Assembly (NCBI RefSeq): GCF_056746865.1
Contig: NZ_JBWKMP010000003.1
Strand: one strand, 5' to 3'
Length of the DNA stretch: 64,000 nt
Source: a plasmid
Part shown: positions 42,471 through 50,135 of the stretch, in pieces
Numbering within the stretch: the first letter of the stretch is position 1
Layout: each line of letters starts with the position of its first letter
The notes under the pieces: model-generated
Database searches by the model: none
Told to the model about the DNA's origin: nothing
The model's input: only the letters and a program-made list of their open reading frames with translations
Program-made: the position numbers and the translations under genes

Positions 42471-42660
42471 TGAGACACATTTGAGAAAGAATTGAATTTT
42501 ATATGAGAAAACAAAATAAGACCAGAAGTTAGATAGCGTAAAAAGCATCAAACAAGAGACGTAAGAGAGACGCAAAAGAGACTTAGATGATACATGATGT
42601 ACCCACGATACCCGTTTGAGACAAATCAGAGACAAATGTGAGAAGTAAGAAATCTGAAGA
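42471..42660. repeat. parC: parC-like centromere/promoter: (A/T)GAGAC hexamers phased at 11 bp
   Basis: AGAGAC at 42555, 42566 and 42577. TGAGAC/AGAGAC/TGAGAA at 42617, 42628 and 42639. One extra TGAGAC at 42471. The two triplets are separated by about 35 bp, upstream of parM. Confidence 0.55.
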
Positions 42661-42706
42661 GTGAAAATCACAAAGTGGAGAAGATTTAAGAAAAAGGAGG
42701 TGTTAG

Positions 42707-42991
42707 ATGAGTGCAATAGCGACCAGTGACACAGTTTGTTCTGGTCATGGAGGATTCCCTCCGCGACCTGTAGCAGAAACAGTTTCCTGGTTTACCGTAA
42801 ATGGAAAGCCAGTGGTTGTAGATGGGGGAGCGTTCCCCAGCCATACAGACGGAAATAGCGCGCACCCCGGATCAGCCGTATCGACGCGCTCATGGTTTGC
42901 AATAGGCGGGAAAGGAGTTGTTTGTGTGGGAGATCCCCTTTCTTGTGGCTCAGTCATCGCCAATGGTGAGGCAATTTTTCAGGTGTCATAA
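42707..42991 (+). CDS. PAAR-domain spike-tip protein
   Basis: 94 aa. Gly/His/Cys-rich PAAR-like repeats (CSGHGGFPP, FPSHTDGNSAHPG, VGDPLSCGS). Confidence 0.7.
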   Translation: MSAIATSDTVCSGHGGFPPRPVAETVSWFTVNGKPVVVDGGAFPSHTDGNSAHPGSAVSTRSWFAIGGKGVVCVGDPLSCGSVIANGEAIFQVS

Positions 42992-43785
42992 TGCTTGATT
43001 CAATCGCTGAAGTTAATGCATTCAAAATTCTAAATGCATCAGGCACAACTACGCCTGCATCTATCACGCTAAGTAAAACAGCGTCATCCAATGCCAGTTC
43101 TCTGGAAGAGAATATCCAGGCTCTTATCCTGAAGGATAAAGCATACCCGGCGTCGGTGGTTTCATGGGTCAATCAGCTTTCTGTCTTTTCAGAACAACTG
43201 AAAACTGTCAGTGCAGAAGCAACCAATTTAGCCGACTCGCTGTCTCCGTATACTTCGCCAACTGAATTACTTCAGATGAAAATTGGCTGGGAATGTTACG
43301 TCAAAGGTAATGAGTTATCTCCTGCGCCAGAATTTGCTCTCGTAACAGTTATGGGAGATACCCTGCATCCGCAATCGCTTATTGACGCGTTGGCAGCATT
43401 TGAACTGGTGCCAATCACTTCAGCCATGACCGCTATAAATGCAAAAGTTCAGGCGTCAAGCGGGGAGGCTTCAGGCAACGGAAGTTCCACCGGAACAACA
43501 CAGCAACCAGCACTAACAGAAGAAGAGATCAAAGCACTAAAAGACGCTGTGGAAGCAGCAACAGAACAAATAAATGCAATAAACAACACGAGCAGTAGTC
43601 TCTCAACACTTGTACAGCAAGTTAAGGACTCTACCGGAAAAGCCAAACAGGGACTGGAGAATGCTGTAGCTATTACGTTAACCGGTTCTCTACTGGGCGA
43701 TGAAGTAATGAGTCCGGCAATCAGTTTGATCATGCCACAAGGTGTGATCGATGCGCTCCAAAACAACACTAAAAAGGAACCATAA
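42991..43785 (+). CDS. hypothetical protein
   Basis: 264 aa; ATG overlaps the PAAR stop (TAATG). Confidence 0.55.
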   Translation: MLDSIAEVNAFKILNASGTTTPASITLSKTASSNASSLEENIQALILKDKAYPASVVSWVNQLSVFSEQLKTVSAEATNLADSLSPYTSPTELLQMKIGWECYVKGNELSPAPEFALVTVMGDTLHPQSLIDALAAFELVPITSAMTAINAKVQASSGEASGNGSSTGTTQQPALTEEEIKALKDAVEAATEQINAINNTSSSLSTLVQQVKDSTGKAKQGLENAVAITLTGSLLGDEVMSPAISLIMPQGVIDALQNNTKKEP

Positions 43786-43855
43786 CCACACCATTTAAGC
43801 CCATAAATGGTTACAAATTGGTACACATATCACACCAACAAAAAATCTGAAGAGG

Positions 43856-44314
43856 ATGGTTTTGAAAAAGATAATTTTGATAGTAGTTGCGCTTTTAGCC
43901 ATTTATGGAATTTACCGTACTACGGCGGCAGTTATCGATCACATCAGGTATATCCGTTCCCTGGAAGACTCAAAATCACAACTTGAAAGCGAGAACAACA
44001 CGCTTTCTACCGCATTGCAGTTAAGTGAAAAATCGCGATCTGCCATGATGGCTGAAAACGAAAGAATTAAAACACTGGAGAAGGAGTACCAGCGCAAAAC
44101 AGCAGAACTGAATACCAGCCTGATCAAACAACGGGAGGAAAGCCAGAATGAAATCAATCGTCTTGAAACTGCGTTACGCAATGCCGGGGTTAATGATGTG
44201 CGTGTGCCTGATGACGTTATCAGGATGCAGCGGGAACGGGCAAAAGAAATCAATCAGCGTGCCAATGCAAATTACCGTAGAAGCCACCAGCAAACCGCAG
44301 GGAAATCTGATTGA
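43856..44314 (+). CDS. i-spanin (Rz-like)
   Basis: 152 aa. N-terminal TM (IILIVVALLAIYGIY) followed by a long coiled coil. Confidence 0.6.
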   Translation: MVLKKIILIVVALLAIYGIYRTTAAVIDHIRYIRSLEDSKSQLESENNTLSTALQLSEKSRSAMMAENERIKTLEKEYQRKTAELNTSLIKQREESQNEINRLETALRNAGVNDVRVPDDVIRMQRERAKEINQRANANYRRSHQQTAGKSD

Positions 44315-44528
44315 TTATACCCCTTGCATAGTGCCAGAGGACACGCCTGTGCTGTTAAACAAGTATCCGGCATACACTGAACAGTTATTCAGCACTATCG
44401 ATGAATGCAACCAACGAAACGCACTGAATAACCAAAGGAATAGGGAGATTTGGGAAGGGAAGGGGGTTAAGGCTCCTGAAGCCAGATGTCCTGGCTGTCA
44501 GCTTCTTCGAAACCGTGACAGACGTTAA
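44148..44528 (+). CDS. o-spanin (Rz1-like lipoprotein), overlapped architecture
   Basis: +1-frame ORF starting inside the i-spanin gene. Lipobox LMTLSGCS. The true start may be an internal Met (44181-44196). Confidence 0.5.
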   Translation: MKSIVLKLRYAMPGLMMCVCLMTLSGCSGNGQKKSISVPMQITVEATSKPQGNLIDYTPCIVPEDTPVLLNKYPAYTEQLFSTIDECNQRNALNNQRNREIWEGKGVKAPEARCPGCQLLRNRDRR

Positions 44529-44949
44529 AGTCACTCAAGCGATACTGGCGCTGACGGCCTCTATTTCGCTCATGCCAATGCATATATCCACCAGCAAATG
44601 CCAGCGGACAATCGCTATAGTCGATGTAGCCAATACCATTACCCAAACGCGCTTCGCGCGCCCCGGCTTTCCAGGACAGCAGAAAAGAGTCACGATCTGC
44701 CAGCATGACTACAAAATCATCCAGATCGCCTATGCAGTGAAGAATGCCTGCCTTGCATAACTGTTTGAGTGCCTTGGACTGACTCAGGATGTCTTCACCG
44801 TAATACTGAAAACAATCATCAACAATAGCGGGATAGCCAGCGGGTGGATTCAGGCTGGTTGGTATAGCTGACGCGATAGCCAGCATTAAACGATATTGTG
44901 TTTTCGATGGGTTCGCGTGACTCATGTTTCCTCTACTCACTGTCTCCAT
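44467..44949 (-). CDS. hypothetical protein
   Basis: 160-aa ORF, overlapping the upstream gene by 13 nt. Confidence 0.5.
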   Translation of the reverse strand: METVSRGNMSHANPSKTQYRLMLAIASAIPTSLNPPAGYPAIVDDCFQYYGEDILSQSKALKQLCKAGILHCIGDLDDFVVMLADRDSFLLSWKAGAREARLGNGIGYIDYSDCPLAFAGGYMHWHERNRGRQRQYRLSDFNVCHGFEEADSQDIWLQEP

Positions 44950-45329
44950 GCATTTTTCAGCTCCGGAATATCAGCCATTTCAACCAGCTTCCGAAGCCCC
45001 GCGCTGACCTTCCCATTACCAACCGCAGCAAGCCAATCCCTTACTGACTTCGGCATATAAAGAGTGGTCGTTACAGGATCTTCCACTCTTACAGGCGTGC
45101 CAATTTGAGGCCACTTAACAGATGCCAAAACGTCAGAAGGCGGGGTAAGCGCGGGAACATTAAGAATAGCCTTTCCTGAATGGAGAATCACGATTCGTTC
45201 AGCCAGGGAAAGAATGTCTCTTTCAGTAAGGATTGATGACAGTTGAGCTTCTACAAGGCATCTGCTGCTTGTATTCAGAGAATGGCTTTTAGCACCATTT
45301 TTGTATGAAACGAAGATCTTGTACGCCAT
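44937..45329 (-). CDS. hypothetical protein, first gene leaving an operator cluster
   Basis: 130-aa ORF. The start abuts operator-like sites at 45331-45410. Confidence 0.55.
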   Translation of the reverse strand: MAYKIFVSYKNGAKSHSLNTSSRCLVEAQLSSILTERDILSLAERIVILHSGKAILNVPALTPPSDVLASVKWPQIGTPVRVEDPVTTTLYMPKSVRDWLAAVGNGKVSAGLRKLVEMADIPELKNAWRQ

Positions 45330-45330
45330 T

Positions 45331-45410
45331 TGTTCTAATGTTTTATGTTAGAAAATTAAGATTAAACCATACTAACACAAGATTGTTAACGAAAATTATT
45401 TTTCTAATGC
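45331..45410. promoter_or_regulatory. cluster of four operator-like sites in a divergent control region
   Basis: TGTTCTAATG (45331-45340), ATGTTAGAAAAT (45345-45356), TACTAACACA (45369-45378), TTTTTCTAAT (45399-45408). Confidence 0.5.
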
Positions 45411-45488
45411 TATTGACTAAATAACAAAGTGAGTATTGTCACCTCGTCAAAAGAATCTTCACGCCGCGCCCGAATTTAGGGTTTAACC

Positions 45489-47186
45489 GTGAACAAGAAC
45501 ATTGAGCCAGCTCGTAAGCGCGAGCGCGAGATTATGAATCGGGCGGCAAGCGTCATGGCTATGACCGTCGATCCAACCACTGATGCTGCCGGTAACATGA
45601 TTACCGACAACGAAGTGATGATGGCTAACCTGGAAAAAGCTATCCAGAAAGAGCCAATGTTTGAAGGCGTTGGACCAGAAGCAGCTCGCCAGATCATTGG
45701 TAGCTGGGCCATGTCTATTCATGAATACAAACGCCAGCATGGGCATTATCCGGCAAGCGATGTATTAGCCAACGCCCATGTAGCACTTGAGCGCCTGATG
45801 ATGGAGTCCGCTAAAGAGACGCATGAAGGCGCTGGCAAAGCCATGTTTGAATCAGTAGCCAAGGACATGCGCACCTCCGATGGTGTAATGAAGGTTGCAC
45901 AATATGCCGCACTGATCCTGCCTGCTTCTCTCGGCGCAGCCACCAGCGACGCATGTACGTTTATCCCTTGTGATCGTGATGAAACCAATATTTACGAGCT
46001 GACCAACGTTGCTGGTACAAAATTCGGTACATTCGAGCAGGGCGATGAACTGAACATGCAGTCTGCTGGCGTGTATTCGCAGATGAAACGCCTGTACATC
46101 CTGACCGAAAAAGGCGATGGCAGCAAAACCACCTTCCAGTTTGATATCCAGAACTTCGAAGGCCAGGCCTGCCCGCTGCGCCAGGGCTACAACAAACTGC
46201 TGATTAACCGCAAACCGTCCAAAGTAGATGATGGTGACGGCAACCTGTATTTCAACGACAAAGACGTCAACGGCAACTCTTTCTCTGCTACAGCAAAAGT
46301 TAAATACGATACCGGCGTTATCGATATCACCTTTAATGAAGCACCAGCAGAAGGCACAGAAATCGCTGTTCAGGTTGAAATCAACATTGAACGCAATCCG
46401 AGCCTGATACCAGTCATTAACCAGTCCATGCGCAATTACGCCCTGCGCCCGTCGCAGTACGTGATCGCATCCGAACATACGGTTATGACAGCATCTGACC
46501 TGAGCCGTGAACACGGACTCGAACTGGCAGCATTGCAATTCTCCGCAATGCGCAACTGGATTTCCCACGAAATCGATATGATGCGCCTGCGCACTCTGGT
46601 ATTCCACACAGTTTACGGTCGTGAATTTGATGTGGCACTGCCAGAAGCGCAGAACTACGAATCGTGGGTTGGTTTAATTCGCCATGTAGTGAACGCGCTG
46701 TCACAGGACATGGCTGACCGCACCCTGACTACCGGTATCCGTGGTGGCTTTGCTGGTGGCGATGCTGCTAACTTCCTGCGTTCCTTACCGCCGCAGCACT
46801 TCCAGTTGGCACCGGGCTATGTACAGTCGCCGTACATTCAATACATCGGCACCCTGTTTGGTTCCATTCGTATCTACGAAGTGCCGAAGCCTATCTGCAA
46901 ACAATTCCAGGAACATGGCTACGACTTTGGCCTGGACGACATCTACTTCTATGGTCGTGGCGAAGGCATTGGTAAAGCTGGCCTGGTCGCTGGTGATGCT
47001 GTGCCTGCTATTCCGTATGTCCACGAAACAAATCCAGCCCTGGTAAACCGCACCACTCTTTGGGGTACAGCAATCAACGATGTGCATCCGCGCAACGGTG
47101 AGAACTATTTCACTCGCCTTCGCCTGACACGTTCGAAAGAAGGTGCGATTGACATGTTGAGCGGGCAAATCAACGAAAAAAAGTAG
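45489..47186 (+). CDS. putative major capsid protein (P1 gp23-sized, with N-terminal delta-like region)
   Basis: 565 aa, GTG start. First gene of the capsid-sheath-tube block. Its size and helical N-terminal ~120 aa are consistent with a processed major head protein. This is a positional and compositional call. Confidence 0.5.
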   Translation: MNKNIEPARKREREIMNRAASVMAMTVDPTTDAAGNMITDNEVMMANLEKAIQKEPMFEGVGPEAARQIIGSWAMSIHEYKRQHGHYPASDVLANAHVALERLMMESAKETHEGAGKAMFESVAKDMRTSDGVMKVAQYAALILPASLGAATSDACTFIPCDRDETNIYELTNVAGTKFGTFEQGDELNMQSAGVYSQMKRLYILTEKGDGSKTTFQFDIQNFEGQACPLRQGYNKLLINRKPSKVDDGDGNLYFNDKDVNGNSFSATAKVKYDTGVIDITFNEAPAEGTEIAVQVEINIERNPSLIPVINQSMRNYALRPSQYVIASEHTVMTASDLSREHGLELAALQFSAMRNWISHEIDMMRLRTLVFHTVYGREFDVALPEAQNYESWVGLIRHVVNALSQDMADRTLTTGIRGGFAGGDAANFLRSLPPQHFQLAPGYVQSPYIQYIGTLFGSIRIYEVPKPICKQFQEHGYDFGLDDIYFYGRGEGIGKAGLVAGDAVPAIPYVHETNPALVNRTTLWGTAINDVHPRNGENYFTRLRLTRSKEGAIDMLSGQINEKK

Positions 47187-47315
47187 CAGTGGCGAACGTG
47201 TCAGTTTCACCAACGGCAATTGAAGTAAACGAAGGTGAAACTATCGCCGCAAGCACTTCAAAGACACGAAAAACACCCAAAAAGAAGTAAGACAAGCCCC
47301 TGAATAGGGGGCTAT

Positions 47316-47606
47316 ATGGAGGAAAAAATGGCTGATATTCAGGTAACTATTACCCCACCAAATGCGACAGATAAAACTTTCACTGTCGAATCCGATCATC
47401 CGGAAATTGTGAGTGTTGATGGAACCACATGCACCGCAGTATCTGCTGGTACTGCGGTACTAACCATCAAAACTACAGATGGAAATAAAACCGCAACATG
47501 CACTGTAACGGTTAATGAAGCCGCAGTAAGTGTCAACTCTGTCAGCGTTGATCCGTCAACCAAAGAAGTGACGGTAGGTGACAGCTTCACGGTCGGCGAA
47601 GCCTGA
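47316..47606 (+). CDS. Ig-like (Big_2) domain protein
   Basis: 96 aa (probable start at 47328, after GGAGG). ITPPNATDKTFTVESDHPEIVSVDGTTCTAVSAGTAVLTIKTTDGNKTATCTVTV is a Big_2 domain. The ORF ends after only the first strands of a second Big_2 repeat. Confidence 0.65.
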   Translation: MEEKMADIQVTITPPNATDKTFTVESDHPEIVSVDGTTCTAVSAGTAVLTIKTTDGNKTATCTVTVNEAAVSVNSVSVDPSTKEVTVGDSFTVGEA

Positions 47607-47609
47607 TAA

Positions 47610-47637
47610 AAGCCTCCCCATGCAAATGGGGAGGCTT
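47610..47637 (+). terminator. strong stem-loop after the Ig-like gene
   Basis: AAGCCTCCCCA (47610-47620) pairs with TGGGGAGGCTT (47627-47637). The downstream T-run is weak. Confidence 0.5.
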
Positions 47638-47671
47638 CTCTCATCCGCTCGATAAAGAGGAAAAGAGCAGC

Positions 47672-49327
47672 ATGAATAAAATTGGTTTTTCTGTTGGTCA
47701 GGCGGCGGGCGTTGCGGTAGCGGACGTAAATGCCGATGCTATTCTGTCCAACACATCTGGCGGTGCTTCCGTCTTTGCCGGGCTGGTGATTTCCCGCAGA
47801 GGAGCACCAGGCAAGGTTTTGCAGGTTACAGCAGCCAACTATCAGAGCGTGTTAGGTTCACCTCTTCACCCGCGCACCGGGGCCGCATTTGAACCATATC
47901 GCCACGTTGAACGCGCAGTAAAAGGCGGCACCGGTTATGTGGTTCGCGTATGCGCAAAAGACATGAAAGTACCGGGCATTGCCGTTTCTGTTCAGGCCAG
48001 GTCGAAAAGCACCAAGTCAGCAAAAACTCTGCAAATTGCTCCGACCGAAGCAACGGTAAATATCGGCGATACACTGACCGTTCGTGCCGTTTCTGGAGCC
48101 ACTTCTCCGGTAACTTTCGCTGCAAGCGAAACACCTGAAATTTCCGGCAGTGAACTGGCTATTTTCTACATAAAGGACGGTGATGCTTCGACAAACCGCA
48201 CGTTATCACTGACCCGTGAGGACGAAGAAAATGACCTGTTCACTCTGGAACTGAAAGAGACACAGACCGATGGTTCTGTAGAAACTTTGGAAAGCTACCA
48301 GGTTTCTTTCGATCCGGATGCAACGAACGATATGGGCCAGCCAGCATGGATTCCTGCGTTGTTAGAAAGTCAGTCCTCCAGGCTTGGAGCTGTACTGGCT
48401 GATGGTGCCGAAGACTCCGCTCACTTGCTGACTTTCGAAGATGTAGCGTTTGAAGGCGGTACAGATGGCGATCTGTCCTCAATTGACGCTGATGATTATC
48501 TGAAAGCGTTAGAGGTTCTCGAAGCGTCAGAAGTTAATTATACCGCACTGCTTTCTATGGGCTGCTACGACGCATCCGTGCTGGCAAAAATTAATTCGCT
48601 GGCAGAAGACGTTCGCGTGGATATGTTCTACGACCTGAAATGTGCTCAGACTGGTGATAACGCTATCGCGGAAGCTAAATCACATGGTTTCGGCAAATCC
48701 CACCAGGCTGCACGTTATCACTTCCCGTACTCATGCCGTGACACTTTCAGCGGTATGAATGTGGTTTACGGAATCAGTTGTGATGCGTTCGTGGCAAAAG
48801 CGAAAGGCGTTGCGCTTGTGTCTGATGTAGGCGGCTGGCATTACGCCCCGGCTGGTCTGTCTCGCGCAATCATTGATCGCCAGAACATCACCAGACTCTC
48901 CGGAATTGGCACAATCGATCGTGAAGCGTATGTGACCGCTCGTATTAACCCTGTAAGCGTTGCAGCGGATGGTTCTGTCTACATCGACGACTCCCTGACG
49001 ACATACAGCAAAAATAACTATCTGCGATTCCAGCACGTTTCATCACTGATGAATGCAATTGCCCGCAATTTCTATGAAGTTGCTCAGGCAATCAAGCATG
49101 AACCTGATGGCGTTACGCAGGAAAGTCTGACTAACGCACTGACAGATCTTCTGGACCGTTTTTATGCGGCTGGTGCGCTGGTTACACCACGCGATGAATC
49201 TCAAGGTTCTGACCCTTATGTGGTCAAGGTAACTCAAAAAGACATCGACTTGTGGGAAGTGGAATGGTCCGTGTGCCCAACAGGCACTGCCCGTCGAATC
49301 CTCGGCAAACCAATCCTGATGCGTTGA
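47672..49327 (+). CDS. tail sheath protein
   Basis: 551 aa. C-terminal region (ARINPVSVAADGSVYIDDSLTT...) fits the sheath-family pattern. Followed by tube-like genes. Contains a Big_2-like insertion (LQIAPTEATVNIGDTLTVRAV). Confidence 0.6.
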   Translation: MNKIGFSVGQAAGVAVADVNADAILSNTSGGASVFAGLVISRRGAPGKVLQVTAANYQSVLGSPLHPRTGAAFEPYRHVERAVKGGTGYVVRVCAKDMKVPGIAVSVQARSKSTKSAKTLQIAPTEATVNIGDTLTVRAVSGATSPVTFAASETPEISGSELAIFYIKDGDASTNRTLSLTREDEENDLFTLELKETQTDGSVETLESYQVSFDPDATNDMGQPAWIPALLESQSSRLGAVLADGAEDSAHLLTFEDVAFEGGTDGDLSSIDADDYLKALEVLEASEVNYTALLSMGCYDASVLAKINSLAEDVRVDMFYDLKCAQTGDNAIAEAKSHGFGKSHQAARYHFPYSCRDTFSGMNVVYGISCDAFVAKAKGVALVSDVGGWHYAPAGLSRAIIDRQNITRLSGIGTIDREAYVTARINPVSVAADGSVYIDDSLTTYSKNNYLRFQHVSSLMNAIARNFYEVAQAIKHEPDGVTQESLTNALTDLLDRFYAAGALVTPRDESQGSDPYVVKVTQKDIDLWEVEWSVCPTGTARRILGKPILMR

Positions 49328-49370
49328 TTTATCTTCCCCGCTGAAACGCGGGGATGAATGAGGTTTCCTA

Positions 49371-50117
49371 ATGAAAAACTATTCTGTTGTTGATCCATTC
49401 ATGCGCGCGCTATTTGCAGGCAAAACAGCCGATAACGCAGATACAGCCATACTGGAAAGCGCCAAAGATTCTGGTTGTTTTGAAAGTGGCGATAACGCCA
49501 TCCTGGAAAGTGCCAAGAATGGAACCGATGGCGCGGATATCGAAGCCGCAATGATGGAAGCGGTGGAATCCCGTGCACAAAGTGACATCCGCAGTCTGGC
49601 AGCTTCAATGCTGGCGAGCTGGGTAGAAGATGGCGACCCTGAAGCGGATTCATTTGATGCGCTGGCAATCACAATGGCTGGCCTGGCCGACATTGACGAA
49701 GACACAGAACTGACCGACGAACAGGTTGACGCATATAACGACGCACTCGCGGCGTTGGCTAACGCGGCTGTGGCCCTGGGCGCTGATCAGGACGACGTCA
49801 CCGAGATGATCGATGACGAAGATGACGCGGCAGCAGAACGCGTATTTGACGCACTGTCAGAAAGCGATAGCGAAATGATGGAAGAAGCCATTGCGATTTA
49901 CACCGTTGCTGGTGGCAATGCCGCAATGCTCGAAGCTGTCAGCAAAAAAGTCGTTCGTGATGGCAAGGTTACTATCATCCGCAAACGCCCGCGCCCGCGT
50001 CGCATGACGTCCTTACAAAAGCAGGCGCTGAAAAAAGCTCGCCTTAAGGCGCATACGTCGATAGCTAACACTCGCCGCCGCAAGTCTATCCGCATTCGCA
50101 AAAAACGCGGTCTGTAA
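49371..50117 (+). CDS. bipartite acidic/basic hypothetical virion-module protein
   Basis: 248 aa. The first ~190 aa are strongly acidic with A/D/E repeats. The last ~55 aa are strongly basic (RKRPRPRRM...RRRKSIRIRKKRGL). Confidence 0.5.
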   Translation: MKNYSVVDPFMRALFAGKTADNADTAILESAKDSGCFESGDNAILESAKNGTDGADIEAAMMEAVESRAQSDIRSLAASMLASWVEDGDPEADSFDALAITMAGLADIDEDTELTDEQVDAYNDALAALANAAVALGADQDDVTEMIDDEDDAAAERVFDALSESDSEMMEEAIAIYTVAGGNAAMLEAVSKKVVRDGKVTIIRKRPRPRRMTSLQKQALKKARLKAHTSIANTRRRKSIRIRKKRGL

Positions 50118-50135
50118 TGATGTAAGCCACCTGTA

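Noticed and set aside
45852-46607. 251-aa minus-strand ORF inside the capsid gene
   Set aside because: It is entirely antisense to a much longer, better-supported plus-strand gene. It has no ribosome site, and its composition is typical of the shadow frame of a GC-balanced gene.
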